Of a DNA stretch of 64,000 nucleotides, positions 52,265-62,281 are shown one piece after another. Both the position numbers and the translations under genes were made by a program. This stretch comes from Candidatus Polarisedimenticolaceae bacterium. GTDB lineage: Bacteria > Acidobacteriota > Polarisedimenticolia > Polarisedimenticolales > DASRJG01. The stretch covers positions 662,204 to 726,203 of the forward strand of contig DASUCV010000004.1 in NCBI GenBank assembly GCA_036275915.1, given 5' to 3'. The first letter of the stretch is position 1; each line of letters begins with the position of its first letter. The notes beneath the pieces are model-generated. The model searched no databases and was not told the origin of the DNA. It worked only from the letters and a program-made list of their open reading frames with translations.

Positions 52265-54157
52265 TCAAGCGGTCTTGAAGAAATTTTCGGCGGCAGTCAG
52301 TTCCCGAACGACGGGGAAGGGCGGAAGGGACTTGAGGAAGGTCTTCCCGTAGGACTTCGTGAGCAGGCGAGGGTCGAGGACGGCGAGGATTCCCCGGTCG
52401 CCGCGGCTGCGGAGCAAACGGCCGAGACCCTGCTTCAGGTCGAGGACCGCCATCGGCGTCTGGTACTCGGCGAAGGGGTTCCCCTCGTTCTCGCGGATGC
52501 GCTCGATGCGCGCGGCGACGAGCGGGTCGGTCGGCACGTCGAACGGCAGCTTGTCGATGACGACGAGCGAGAGCGCCTCGCCCGGGACGTCGACGCCGTG
52601 CCAGAAGGAGCTCGTGCCGAGGAGGACGGCGCGCGGCGTCGCCTTGAAGCGCTCGACGAGGGCGACCTTGCTCCCCTCCCCCTGGACGAGGAGGGGCCAC
52701 CGGCCGGAACGCTGGAGGTGCTCGGTCGCGCGCGCGAGCGCCTGGTGGCTCGTGAAGAGGAGGAACGCGCGTCCGTCGGTGAGGGCGAGCAGCGATTCGA
52801 TCTCGGCCATCGCGCGTGCGAAGAACGCGGGCTCGCGCGGCTCCGGCATCGCCTTCGGCAGGTAGAGCACCGCCTGGCGCGCATGGTCGAACGGCGACTC
52901 GACCACCATGGTTTCCACGTCGCTCAAGCCGAGCCGCTTCTTGAAGAAGTCGAACGAGCCGCCGACGGAGAGCGTCGCCGACGTGAGCACGCAGGCGTGG
53001 AGACGATCGAAGAGCGATGTCTCGAGAAGGTTGCCGACCTCGATCGGCGCCGCCGAGAGGATCACGTTGCCGCGCCCCCTCGCCTCCATGCCGTAGACGT
53101 AGCCGGGCGCGTCGCGCTTGATCACGCCGGCGATCGTGTCCTTGAGGTCGCGGGCGCGCTGCTCGACCGCCTCGAACTTCGGATCGGCGACGTCGTCGAG
53201 CGCCCGAGAGAGCGTGAGCCACTCCTCGTCGAGATCGACGCCGCCGCGGCTCGGCGGCTCGAAGCGCTGGCGCCCCGAGGCGCTTCTCAGCGCATCCTTG
53301 ACCGGCGCGAAGAAGGTCCGCGCCGCGTCGCGGAGAACCGACGCTCCGCCTCCGCCCTTCGCCGGCCCGCCTGACTTCGCCGCCGCCCGTTCGACGTCGC
53401 GCGCCAGCTCCTCGATCTGGTTCGCCGACACGGTCGTGCCGAAGTAGAGCGTGGCGATCTCCTCGAGCTGATGCGCCTCGTCGAAGATGACCGTGTCGTA
53501 GTCGGGGAGCACCGCGCCGTACGCGCTCCGCACGGCGAGATCGGCGAAGAAGAGATGGTGGTTGACGACGACGATCTGCGCCTGCTGCGCGCGGCGCTTC
53601 ACCTTCGTCAGCCAGCACATCTCGTATTCGGGGCACTTCGAGCCGGTGCAGGTGTCCGCGCGCGCGTTGATGTCGCGCCAGAAGCGGAGATCGTCGGGAA
53701 GCTCGGCGACCTCCGCCCGGTCGCCGCTGTCGGTCGTCCGGCTCCACGCCGCGAGCACCGGCAGGAAGCGGCGCTCGTCCCGGACCTCGAGGAGGGGCTC
53801 GTGCGCGAACGCGTCGAAGCGCGTCCGGCAAAGGTAGTTGTCGCGGCCCTTCATGAGGCACGCGGAGACCTTGAGCCCCGCGCGTTCGCTCAGGAACGGC
53901 AAATCCTTCCGGAAGATCTGGTCCTGGAGGTTCCGCGTCCCGGTCGAGACGACGATCCGCCGCCCCGACGCGATCGCCGGGATGAGATACGCGAACGTCT
54001 TCCCCGTACCGGTTCCCGCCTCGACCATGAGACGGCCGCCGTCCTCGAGGATGCGGGCGACCGCCTGGGCCATCTTCGACTGGCCTTCCCGGTGCTCGTA
54101 CGTCGGGTGCACGGAGGCGAGGCCGCCTCCGGGCGCGAAGAAGTCGGACGACGCCAT
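52265..54157 (-). CDS. DinG/YoaA-family ATP-dependent DNA helicase
   Basis: EAGTGTGKT, KGRDNYLC and further Fe-S Cys, VVVNHHL, FDEAH, SATL, QGLGRLLR. Confidence 0.94.
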   Translation of the reverse strand: MASSDFFAPGGGLASVHPTYEHREGQSKMAQAVARILEDGGRLMVEAGTGTGKTFAYLIPAIASGRRIVVSTGTRNLQDQIFRKDLPFLSERAGLKVSACLMKGRDNYLCRTRFDAFAHEPLLEVRDERRFLPVLAAWSRTTDSGDRAEVAELPDDLRFWRDINARADTCTGSKCPEYEMCWLTKVKRRAQQAQIVVVNHHLFFADLAVRSAYGAVLPDYDTVIFDEAHQLEEIATLYFGTTVSANQIEELARDVERAAAKSGGPAKGGGGASVLRDAARTFFAPVKDALRSASGRQRFEPPSRGGVDLDEEWLTLSRALDDVADPKFEAVEQRARDLKDTIAGVIKRDAPGYVYGMEARGRGNVILSAAPIEVGNLLETSLFDRLHACVLTSATLSVGGSFDFFKKRLGLSDVETMVVESPFDHARQAVLYLPKAMPEPREPAFFARAMAEIESLLALTDGRAFLLFTSHQALARATEHLQRSGRWPLLVQGEGSKVALVERFKATPRAVLLGTSSFWHGVDVPGEALSLVVIDKLPFDVPTDPLVAARIERIRENEGNPFAEYQTPMAVLDLKQGLGRLLRSRGDRGILAVLDPRLLTKSYGKTFLKSLPPFPVVRELTAAENFFKTA

Positions 54158-55425
54158 CAGGCCCGCGCGGGAAGCCGCGACGCGTAGAGCGGGAACCGGG
54201 CGGTGAGCGCCTCGACCTCGCCGGCGAGATGTTTGAGCGCCGCCTCGTCGTCCCTCGCGTCGAGCGCTCGGGCGATCAACGCGGCAATCTGGTCCATCTC
54301 GGGCTCGCCCATCCCGCGTGTCGTCACGGCGGCGGTCCCGATCCGGATCCCGCTCGCGACCATCGGCGAGTTCGTGTCGAACGGGATCGTGTTCTTGTTG
54401 ACGGTGATCGCGGCCTTCTCGAGCGCCTTCTCGGCGACCTTGCCGGTGATCGACCTCGAGAAGACGTCCATCAGGAAGAGGTGGTTGTCGGTGCCGCCGG
54501 AGACGAGTCGGTAACCGTGCGAGGCGACTGCCGCGGCGAGACGCGCAGCGTTCGCGACGACGCGCCCGATGTAGACCTTGAACGACGGATCGAGCGCCTC
54601 GCCGAAGGCGACCGCCTTCGCGGCGACGATGTGGACGAGCGGGCCGCCCTGGATGCCGGGGAAGACGACCTTGTCCAGCTCCTTGGCGTGCTCCGCTTTG
54701 CAGAGGACGAGGCCGGCGCGCGGTCCGCGCAGAGTCTTATGCGTCGTCGTGGTGACGAAGTCGCAGTGCGGGACCGGGCTCGGGTGGTGGCCCGTCGCGA
54801 CGAGCCCCGCGATGTGCGCCATGTCGGCCATGACCTTGGCGCCGTGCGCGTGCGCGATCGCGGCGATCTTGTCGAAGTGGATCGTCCGCGGGTACGCGGA
54901 GGCGCCGCAGACGATCAGCTTCGGCTTGTGCTCCTTGGCAAGCTCATCGAGCCGGTCGTAGTCGAGCCGTTCGTCCTCCTTGCGGACGCCGTAGGCGACG
55001 AACTTGTAGAGCTTTCCCGAGAGGTTGAGCGGATGGCCGTGCGTCAGGTGGCCGCCGTGGGAGAGGTCCATGCCGAGCACCGTGTCCCCCGGCTGGAGCG
55101 CCGTCATGTAAACCGCCTGGTTCGCCTGGCTGCCGGAGTGCGGTTGTACGTTCGCGTGCTCCGCGCCGAAGAGCTGCTTCGCGCGATCGATCGCGAGCCG
55201 CTCGACGACGTCGGTGAACTCGCAGCCGCCGTAGTAGCGCCGCCCGGGATATCCCTCGGCGTACTTGTTCGTGAAGACCGAGCCCGCGGCCTCGAGCACC
55301 GCTTCGCTCACGAAGTTCTCGGAGGCGATGAGCTCGAGCCCCTTCGACTGGCGCTCGGTCTCGTGGAGGATCGCGTCGGCGACGGCGGGGTCTTGCGCGC
55401 GGAGGCTCTTCGTCGGGTCGCTCAT
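54157..55425 (-). CDS. glyA: Serine hydroxymethyltransferase
   Basis: [40 protein letters not shown] 55425. Confidence 0.98.
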   Translation of the reverse strand: MSDPTKSLRAQDPAVADAILHETERQSKGLELIASENFVSEAVLEAAGSVFTNKYAEGYPGRRYYGGCEFTDVVERLAIDRAKQLFGAEHANVQPHSGSQANQAVYMTALQPGDTVLGMDLSHGGHLTHGHPLNLSGKLYKFVAYGVRKEDERLDYDRLDELAKEHKPKLIVCGASAYPRTIHFDKIAAIAHAHGAKVMADMAHIAGLVATGHHPSPVPHCDFVTTTTHKTLRGPRAGLVLCKAEHAKELDKVVFPGIQGGPLVHIVAAKAVAFGEALDPSFKVYIGRVVANAARLAAAVASHGYRLVSGGTDNHLFLMDVFSRSITGKVAEKALEKAAITVNKNTIPFDTNSPMVASGIRIGTAAVTTRGMGEPEMDQIAALIARALDARDDEAALKHLAGEVEALTARFPLYASRLPARA

Positions 55426-55865
55426 GGGGTCTCCTGAAGCTGGGCGATCTTCTCCGTTCGACGAGCGTGCCGGCCGCCCTCGAAGGTGTGGGTGAGGAAC
55501 GCCTCGAGCGTGTCTTCCATGACGCCCATCCCCGAGACGCGTCCGCCGAGGCAGATGATGTTGGCGTCGTTGTGCTGGCGCGCGACGCGGCCTTGATAAG
55601 GGTCGGTGCAGTGCGCGGCGCGGATCCCGCGGACTTTGTTCGCGGCGATCGACATGCCGATGCCCGTGCCGCAGATGAGGAGGCCGAGCTCCGCGCGGCC
55701 CTGGACGACCGCGCGCGCCACGCGTGCCGCGAAGTCCGGGTAATCGACCGACGCGAGCCCGTCGGTGCCGTGATCGTCGACCTCGTGACCGTGCGCCACG
55801 AGCCACTTCTTGAGCTGCTCTTTCGCTTCGAACCCCGCGTGATCGGCCCCCGCCGCGATCTTCAT
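55422..55865 (-). CDS. rpiB: Ribose-5-phosphate isomerase B
   Basis: [34 protein letters not shown]. Confidence 0.97.
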   Translation of the reverse strand: MKIAAGADHAGFEAKEQLKKWLVAHGHEVDDHGTDGLASVDYPDFAARVARAVVQGRAELGLLICGTGIGMSIAANKVRGIRAAHCTDPYQGRVARQHNDANIICLGGRVSGMGVMEDTLEAFLTHTFEGGRHARRTEKIAQLQETP

Positions 55866-57211
55866 GGCTGGTCCTCCCTCCGGAGCTGCTCCAGGCTCGG
55901 GATCGGCACGGCTCCCATCTCGGCGAGCCGTGCGTGCTCCGCCAGAGCGTAACCGTCGGTCATCGCGGCGAGGTGATCGGCCAGAAGCCGCGTGTAACGG
56001 TGGTCCGCTCGATATGCCTTGGCCTCCCGCTCCCGGTGCTCGCGGGACAGGTCCCTAAAGTACCTCACGCCGGCGGTTTCCTTCATCCGGAAGAGGACGT
56101 GGTCGTCCAGGAGCGCAGGGTCGGCGAAGTAGGCGGCGAAGAGGCCGAGGACGACGCGGCGGCCCCGGGCCTCGACCCGTTCGGCTTCCCCGCGGTGGAG
56201 GCGCGCGGTGAGGAACCGTTCGAGCTCCGAGACGAGCGACTCGCCTCCCGCCGGAAGGGCGATCTCCTCGCCCGTCACCGCCTCGTCCCGCTTCTCGCGA
56301 AACGCCTTCGGGCTCGAGATCTTGTGCGCGGTCTTCCACTTGGCGAGGCTCGCCTGCGAGGCCAGGATCGCGCCGGTCACGAGGAGGTGCGTGAGGCCGC
56401 GGTGGATCGCGTTCGCCGCCGCGAATCGGCCGCCGCCGCGCGGGTAGCGCGCACCGAGCTTCCGCTTCAGCTCGCGGATGGCGCCGAGCTTCTCGACCTC
56501 GGCGAGGCCGGCGGTCCCCGCCTGGAGCGCGTCGTCGAGATCGTGGAGCGCCGACGCGAGACGCACCGCGAGGGCGACCACTTGCGCCTCGAAGAGCGGC
56601 GGCATCCCCCAGCGCAATCCCTCGGGAGCGGGCTCTTCCGCGAGCGGAGCGCCCCCCGCCTTCACGATCCCCTCGCGGGTCGCGTCGGTGAGGTTCAGGC
56701 CCGGGTGGCCGTAGCGCTTCTCGAGGAGGTCGACGACGCGTAGCCCCTGCCACGCCGGCGAGAAGCCGCCGCGATCTCCGAGCCCGGGCCCGCCGCGCCC
56801 GTCGCGTCTCCCGGCGAGGAGATCGTCGATCGCCTGGACACCGGCGGGGCCGAACGGAGGCTGGCCGAGATCGTGGCCGAGCGCCGTCGCCTCGACGAGG
56901 TCCTCGTTCAAGCGGAGCGCGCGGCCGATCGTGCGGGCGACCTGCGTGACCTCGAGCGTGTGCGTCAGCCGGTTCCTGCGGTGGTCTTCGTAGGCGGGGA
57001 GGATGCCGGCGATCGCCTTGTGCCGCAGGCGGCGGAAAGCGCGCGAGTAGACGATCCGGTCGCGGTCGCGCTGGTAGGCCGTCCGGTAGTCGAAGGCGCG
57101 CCCGTCGTCCTCGAGAGGGTGGCGGCGCACGCCCTCGGACGACCGGAGCGCATAGGGCGCCAGACGCGCGTCCTCCTCGCGTTCCATCGTCTGACGCATG
57201 CTTTCGGCCAT
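55862..57211 (-). CDS. dgt: dGTP triphosphohydrolase homologue with a degenerate active site
   Basis: [44 protein letters not shown]. Several catalytic positions substituted. Confidence 0.8.
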   Translation of the reverse strand: MAESMRQTMEREEDARLAPYALRSSEGVRRHPLEDDGRAFDYRTAYQRDRDRIVYSRAFRRLRHKAIAGILPAYEDHRRNRLTHTLEVTQVARTIGRALRLNEDLVEATALGHDLGQPPFGPAGVQAIDDLLAGRRDGRGGPGLGDRGGFSPAWQGLRVVDLLEKRYGHPGLNLTDATREGIVKAGGAPLAEEPAPEGLRWGMPPLFEAQVVALAVRLASALHDLDDALQAGTAGLAEVEKLGAIRELKRKLGARYPRGGGRFAAANAIHRGLTHLLVTGAILASQASLAKWKTAHKISSPKAFREKRDEAVTGEEIALPAGGESLVSELERFLTARLHRGEAERVEARGRRVVLGLFAAYFADPALLDDHVLFRMKETAGVRYFRDLSREHREREAKAYRADHRYTRLLADHLAAMTDGYALAEHARLAEMGAVPIPSLEQLRREDQP

Positions 57212-57282
57212 GAAGAGCGGATGCTACACCCCGGCTTGAAAGGGCTCCAAACGGACCCTACGTTTGCAGCGACGGAGGGACC

Positions 57283-57459
57283 ATGCCGATCGTCATCGAC
57301 ACCGATCAGTGCGAGAGCTCGGGCGCGTGCGAGCTGGTCTGTCCCGAGAACGTCATCGAGATCCACGAGGGGCGGCCCGTCATCGTGAACAACCTGGCCT
57401 GCACCTCGTGCTGGAAGTGCGCCGAAGTCTGCATCGCGGGGGCGATCGACGTCGATTGA
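57283..57459 (+). CDS. 58-aa dicluster ferredoxin (CxxSxxCxxxCP plus CxxCxxCxxxC)
   Basis: Manual translation MPIVIDTDQCESSGACELVCPENVIEIHEGRPVIVNNLACTSCWKCAEVCIAGAIDVD*, SD GGAGG. Below the ORF-track size cutoff. Confidence 0.92.
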   Translation: MPIVIDTDQCESSGACELVCPENVIEIHEGRPVIVNNLACTSCWKCAEVCIAGAIDVD

Positions 57460-57475
57460 CTAGAATGCGGTCCTC

Positions 57476-58981
57476 ATGGCCGGCCCCGCCTCCACGATCG
57501 TCACCGAGCTCGAAGCCCAGACCGACCTCGCCAAGGCGCTGATCGCGCGCGCGCAGGCCCGCGGCGCGTTCCTCATCTGGCGCGCGCAGGCCACGAGGGC
57601 GGCGCGCCTTCTCGTGCGCTCCGGGCGCGTCGAGGAAGCGGTCGTCGCCCAGGGCTCCGGCCACGGAGTCCACGCCGTCCTGGACGACGGCCGCAGCGCA
57701 TTCGGAAGCCGCGACGACTTCGGTCCCGAGCCTTCCGCGGCGCTCCTCGACGCGACGATCGACGCCGCCTCCTCCGGCGGCGCGCTCGGGGTCGCCGGCG
57801 GCTCCTTCGCGCCCGACGCCCCGTCGACCGCGCGCGACCTCCCCGCCGGCATCGCCGCCTTCGACGCGCTCGACCTCGACGCCGCGTCGGCGCGTCTCGT
57901 CGCGCTCGAGCGCGAGCTGACGTCGGATCTTCCGGGCGTCACGACGACGCTCGCCTTCCAGGCGGTCCTCGAGGTGTGGCGCATCCTGCGGTCCGACGGC
58001 GCCGACGTGCTCTTCGCGGTCCCGCGCTGCGTCCTGCGGGCGTCGCTGAGCTCCTCGGGCGACGCGCGCCACACCGTCGGCGCCTCGCTCGCCGACCCGA
58101 GCCCACGGATGTTCGACGATCCGGCCGCCGTCGCGACGTTCCTCGCCCGCGCGCGCGCCGCGGGCAGCCTCGCCGCGGCGCTGCCCGACGCGCCGACCCA
58201 TCCCGCGGGCTCGTTCCCGCTCGTCATCGACTACGCGCTCGCCAAGGGGCTGGCGCACGAGGCGTTCGGACACGCATCCGAAGCCGACGGGTTCCGTTCT
58301 TCGGTCCTCGCGCGCGACGGTCGGTTCCGCTCCGGCGACACCGTCGGCCCGGCGCACGTCTCGGTGATCGACGAGCCGGTGCAGGGCGACTTCGCGTGGC
58401 AGCCGTACTCGGCGACCGGGTCACCCCGCCGCCGCGCGACGATCGTCGATCATGGACGCTTGAGGGACGCGCTCACCGACGCGTGGTCCGCGCGCGGCGC
58501 CGGAACGGCGCTCACCGGCGCCGACCGCGCCGAGTCGTTCCGCTCCGCACCGCTTCCCCGCATGTCGAACATCCGGATCGAGCTCGACGATCCGCTTCCC
58601 GCCCCGGGGGCCTTCGAGGATTACTCCGCCGAGCGCGTGCGCGATCTCCTCGGGGACGCGGGAATCTTCTCGCGCCATCGCCGCGTCGCGTTCCTCTCCG
58701 GCTACGGCGGCGGTCAGGTCAACCCGCCGACCGGCGACTTCGTCTTCAACTGCAAGGCGATCTACGCGCTCGGCCCGGACGAGGTCGTCCTGCACAAGCC
58801 CGCCATCTTCTCCGGGTCGATGTTCGGTGCTCTCGGCGCGGTCCGCGAAGGCTTCGGCCCGCTCAAGCTCGACGCGATCGGGAGCTGCGGCAAGTGGGGC
58901 CAGAGCGTCCCCTCCTCCGGGGGCAGCCACTACTTCCTCGTTCTCGATCCCGATCCGGGCGTGCGCCTCGGCGGACGGTGA
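57476..58981 (+). CDS. tldD: TldD-family metalloprotease
   Basis: HEAFGHASEAD, RAESF..PLPRMSN, GGQV, CGKWGQ. Confidence 0.88.
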   Translation: MAGPASTIVTELEAQTDLAKALIARAQARGAFLIWRAQATRAARLLVRSGRVEEAVVAQGSGHGVHAVLDDGRSAFGSRDDFGPEPSAALLDATIDAASSGGALGVAGGSFAPDAPSTARDLPAGIAAFDALDLDAASARLVALERELTSDLPGVTTTLAFQAVLEVWRILRSDGADVLFAVPRCVLRASLSSSGDARHTVGASLADPSPRMFDDPAAVATFLARARAAGSLAAALPDAPTHPAGSFPLVIDYALAKGLAHEAFGHASEADGFRSSVLARDGRFRSGDTVGPAHVSVIDEPVQGDFAWQPYSATGSPRRRATIVDHGRLRDALTDAWSARGAGTALTGADRAESFRSAPLPRMSNIRIELDDPLPAPGAFEDYSAERVRDLLGDAGIFSRHRRVAFLSGYGGGQVNPPTGDFVFNCKAIYALGPDEVVLHKPAIFSGSMFGALGAVREGFGPLKLDAIGSCGKWGQSVPSSGGSHYFLVLDPDPGVRLGGR

Positions 58982-58982
58982 C

Positions 58983-60293
58983 ATGGAGGTCGCGGCGCTC
59001 CTCACGGCCCTCCGCACGGCGCGCCCTCAGGGCCGCGCGATTGCCGGCTTCAACTTCGACATCACGACGATTCGCCGGCTCGTCATCGGCACGAAGGACC
59101 GGGAGACCGGCGGGCCGCACGCGCCCGTGAGCCTCTCCGACTCGCTTAACGCCCGCTTCAAGCTCGTGTGGGACGACGGCCGCGTGAGCCGCGGCGTCAT
59201 GGAGCGCCGCGCGATCGAGTCCGACCCGCATCCGGTCCTTGCATCGGCGCTGGCTGCCGCCTACGACGACCCCGACGCGCGGACCATCCTCGGACCGTCG
59301 GCGTTTCCCGACGTGCCGACCCTCGACCCCGGCACGGTGAAGCTCGCCGAGGGTGCGATCGACCCGTTCGTCCCTCGGCTCGAGGCCATCCGCGCGCGCC
59401 TCGCGGATCATGGCCTCAAGACGTGGAGCGGCTCGATGCAGGCCGCGCACGGGAATACGCGCCTCCTCACCTCCGCCGGGCTCGACGTCGAGGCGGAGGG
59501 AACGTCGACCTCGTGGAGCGTGAGCTTCGACGGCGAGAGCGTCGGCGCGGGGAAATCGGGGCGACGCCTCGAGCCGTTCGAGGAGTTCGCCCTGCGCCTC
59601 GATCGCCTCGTCACGCTCGTCCTCGCCCTGCGCGGCACCGCACCGGCGCGGCCGGGGGGCGTCGTTCCGGTTCTGTTCCATCCCGGCGTCGTCGAGGACT
59701 ACGTGCTCGCCGTCCTCCTCCACAACTTGGACGGCGAGCAGGTCGCGCACGGCACCGGCGCGTTCACGCGCGCGCAGTTCGGCTCCGGCTTCGCGTCGTT
59801 ACGACCGGACCTCACGCTGCGGACCGACCCGCTCGTCCCGTTCGCCAGCGGCGCCTACCGGTTCACGCGCGAAGGCGTGCCCGCAGCACCGGTCACGCTG
59901 ATCGACCGCGGCCGTCTCGCGACCCCGATGCTCGACCTCAAGTACGCGCGCCGCCTCGGCCTTCCGCCGAACGCACCTCCCGCGGCGATGGACACGCTCT
60001 TCTTCGAGGGCGCGTTGGCGATCGACGAGCCGGCGGCGCTCGGCGCCGCGGCCGGCGGCGTGCTCGTCCTCGGCGTCCTCGGCGTGCACACGCAGGACTT
60101 CACGAGCGGCGACTTCTCGCTCTCGGCCCCGCAGTCGCTCGCGATCGGGGCGAACGGTTTCGAAGGCCGCCTCCGCGGCACCGTCTCCGGGAATCTCTTC
60201 GAGCTGCTCCGCTCCGACGATCTCGCCTTCGTCCGCTTCCCCGGGGAGACGACCCCGGGGCTCCTCGTGCGGTGCCGCTTCGACGCTCAGTGA
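58983..60293 (+). CDS. TldE/PmbA-family protein
   Basis: ATG 58983. DPL...GAYRFTREG, LGVHTQDFTSGDFSL, SGNLFELL. No HExxH; follows tldD. Confidence 0.85.
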   Translation: MEVAALLTALRTARPQGRAIAGFNFDITTIRRLVIGTKDRETGGPHAPVSLSDSLNARFKLVWDDGRVSRGVMERRAIESDPHPVLASALAAAYDDPDARTILGPSAFPDVPTLDPGTVKLAEGAIDPFVPRLEAIRARLADHGLKTWSGSMQAAHGNTRLLTSAGLDVEAEGTSTSWSVSFDGESVGAGKSGRRLEPFEEFALRLDRLVTLVLALRGTAPARPGGVVPVLFHPGVVEDYVLAVLLHNLDGEQVAHGTGAFTRAQFGSGFASLRPDLTLRTDPLVPFASGAYRFTREGVPAAPVTLIDRGRLATPMLDLKYARRLGLPPNAPPAAMDTLFFEGALAIDEPAALGAAAGGVLVLGVLGVHTQDFTSGDFSLSAPQSLAIGANGFEGRLRGTVSGNLFELLRSDDLAFVRFPGETTPGLLVRCRFDAQ

Positions 60294-61996
60294 TTCGGGC
60301 AGACGCGCTGCTCGCCGGTGCAGCCGAAGGCCAAGGTCAACACCGCGAGGTCGTCGCCGTCGAGGCACTTGTCGCCGTTGTAATCGAGGCGCCCCCACGG
60401 CTCGCCGGCCGGGTCCTGCGAGCATGCGCCGAACGAGCGGCCCATCGTCGCCAAGGTGATGCCGTCGACGCGGGACTGCCCGGCGAGGGCGAATCGGGAG
60501 CACACCGCGTCGTCCTTCACGCCGTTGCAGTCGTCGTCGACGCCGTCGCAGAGGTCGAGCGCGCCGGGGTGGATCGCCGGGTTGGTGTCGTTGCAGTCGA
60601 GCGGGCATCCTGTTGCGGGAGCTCGGCCGGCGCCGTCGCCGTCGACGTCGATGCAGCTGTCGCACGCGTCGCCATAACCGTCGTGATCGATGTCGGTCTG
60701 GGCCGGGTTCGGTGTCCCCGGGCAGTTGTCGCAGGCGCTGCCGAGCCCGTCGCCGTCGTCGTCGATCTGATCGTTGTTCTGGACCCCCGGACAGTCGTCG
60801 ATCCGGTCGACGACGCCGTCCTGATCGACATCGGCGCAGACGCCGGTATCGATCTCGGCCGCGCGCGAGGCGGCCGGCGGGTTGTGGAATCGGAGGCATT
60901 CGAACGCTTGGAGCCCGAGGTTGTCCCCCGTGAGGTACGGATACATGACGTAGTTCGAGAGCGAGGCGTGCTCGAGCCCGATATTGTGACCGAACTCGTG
61001 CAGCCAGAGCATCGACTCGTGCTCGGGGATCCGCACGAGGATCATGCCGAAGCCGTTGACGAGCGAGCAGCCGATGACGTTCGTCCCCCCGACACCGTCG
61101 CACCAGTTGATGATCCGCACGATCTTGATGCGCTGCGTGCCGGCTTTCAGAACCGCCTCGAGCTGGCTCTCGTCGTTGATGATGTCGTTGCCGTCGGTGA
61201 GCGTCCCGAACGTTCCGCCCGGGGCGCCCAGGTGCAGCTCGCTGCAGCAGGCGACGTCGTTGTAGAAATCGGCCCTGCCGGAGATGAGCGCCGCCTCGCC
61301 GAGGAGCTGCTTCGCGACGGCGTCGCGCATCCCATACTGCGGGCTGATCGCGACCGCCGCGTGGTTGGCGTAGGTCAGGTTCGCGGCGACGCCGCGGGGC
61401 GACGTGTCCTCGACATAGGCGACCGCCGCCGGGTTCGCCGGCGCCGGCGAGGCGAGCGCCTTCCCGTCGAGCGGTGCCGGGAACGACGAGGGCTTCAAGG
61501 TGGCACCCGGCGCGAGCGCGGCCAGGCTGCGCTCGGCTTCACGGCCGAGCAGCTCCCGGGTCTCGTCGTCGTACGCGCCGGTCACCGCCGGGTCGCCGCC
61601 GGCGATCGCCGCGAGCGCGGACGCGGCCGCCGGATCCCCCGCCTCGGCGATGAGGCCCAGGGCGCGCGGCACGAGGAGGACCGCCCGGTCGTCGGGGGGA
61701 GCGGCGGGATCGCCGACGGGCTGGGCCAGAAAGCCCGCGAGTCCGGAGGTCGCCGTCTTCGAGCGGAGGTGGCCGAGGAACGCCACGACGTTGTCCCGCC
61801 TTGGAAAACCGGGATCTTGAAGGAGCTCGAGGAGCTCCGGAACTCCCTCGGGCCCGACCTCCCGAGCGGCGATCTCATCGGTCATCCCGTGGATGTAGGT
61901 CACGAGCGCGGCGGCGCGGACGCGGTCCCCGGCGGCGGCCGGCGGAGCGGTCACGAGAGCCGTCAAGAGCACGGCGGCCGGAACGAGCTTGCCCAC
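60287..61996 (-). CDS. Secreted metzincin metalloprotease with TSP3-type Ca repeats and a dockerin-like tail
   Basis: Signal peptide from GTG 61996; HEFGHNIGLEH...VMYP; DNCP...NP.Q.D.D.DG.GDACD; DCND...IHPGA...CDGVDDDCNG; DYNGD..LDGDDL...FG. Confidence 0.82.
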   Translation of the reverse strand: MGKLVPAAVLLTALVTAPPAAAGDRVRAAALVTYIHGMTDEIAAREVGPEGVPELLELLQDPGFPRRDNVVAFLGHLRSKTATSGLAGFLAQPVGDPAAPPDDRAVLLVPRALGLIAEAGDPAAASALAAIAGGDPAVTGAYDDETRELLGREAERSLAALAPGATLKPSSFPAPLDGKALASPAPANPAAVAYVEDTSPRGVAANLTYANHAAVAISPQYGMRDAVAKQLLGEAALISGRADFYNDVACCSELHLGAPGGTFGTLTDGNDIINDESQLEAVLKAGTQRIKIVRIINWCDGVGGTNVIGCSLVNGFGMILVRIPEHESMLWLHEFGHNIGLEHASLSNYVMYPYLTGDNLGLQAFECLRFHNPPAASRAAEIDTGVCADVDQDGVVDRIDDCPGVQNNDQIDDDGDGLGSACDNCPGTPNPAQTDIDHDGYGDACDSCIDVDGDGAGRAPATGCPLDCNDTNPAIHPGALDLCDGVDDDCNGVKDDAVCSRFALAGQSRVDGITLATMGRSFGACSQDPAGEPWGRLDYNGDKCLDGDDLAVLTLAFGCTGEQRVCPNH

Positions 61997-62078
61997 GGGT
62001 CCCCCACGATGATTGCCGAAAGGGTACGCGGCAACGCGCCTGCCGTCGATACCGGAATGGTGGGTTATCGTGGCGCCC

Positions 62079-62216
62079 ATGGACGAAAAGACGCGCGCCG
62101 AGGCCAGCGTCCGGACCTGCCCCAACTGCGGGGCGGAGCTTCAGGAGAAAAAGTGCAAGCTCGTCTGCCCGCAGCCGGCCTGCGGGTACTACGTGAGCTG
62201 CGCGGACTTCTACTGA
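62079..62216 (+). CDS. 45-aa Cys-rich CPxCG zinc-finger microprotein
   Basis: MDEKTRAEASVRTCPNCGAELQEKKCKLVCPQPACGYYVSCADFY. Confidence 0.78.
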   Translation: MDEKTRAEASVRTCPNCGAELQEKKCKLVCPQPACGYYVSCADFY

Positions 62217-62281
62217 CTTGACACCGCCGTCCGGCCATCGCAACACACCTGTGTCGAAACACTCGTTCGAGGTGTGAACCC

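Noticed and set aside
52265..57211. DinG plus dGTPase as an anti-phage or type IV CRISPR locus
   Set aside because: Embedded with rpiB and glyA, host-like composition, no cas genes, and the dGTPase appears inactive.
59168..62221. 1017-aa plus-strand ORF
   Set aside because: Off-frame over tldE and antisense to the metzincin gene; no motifs.
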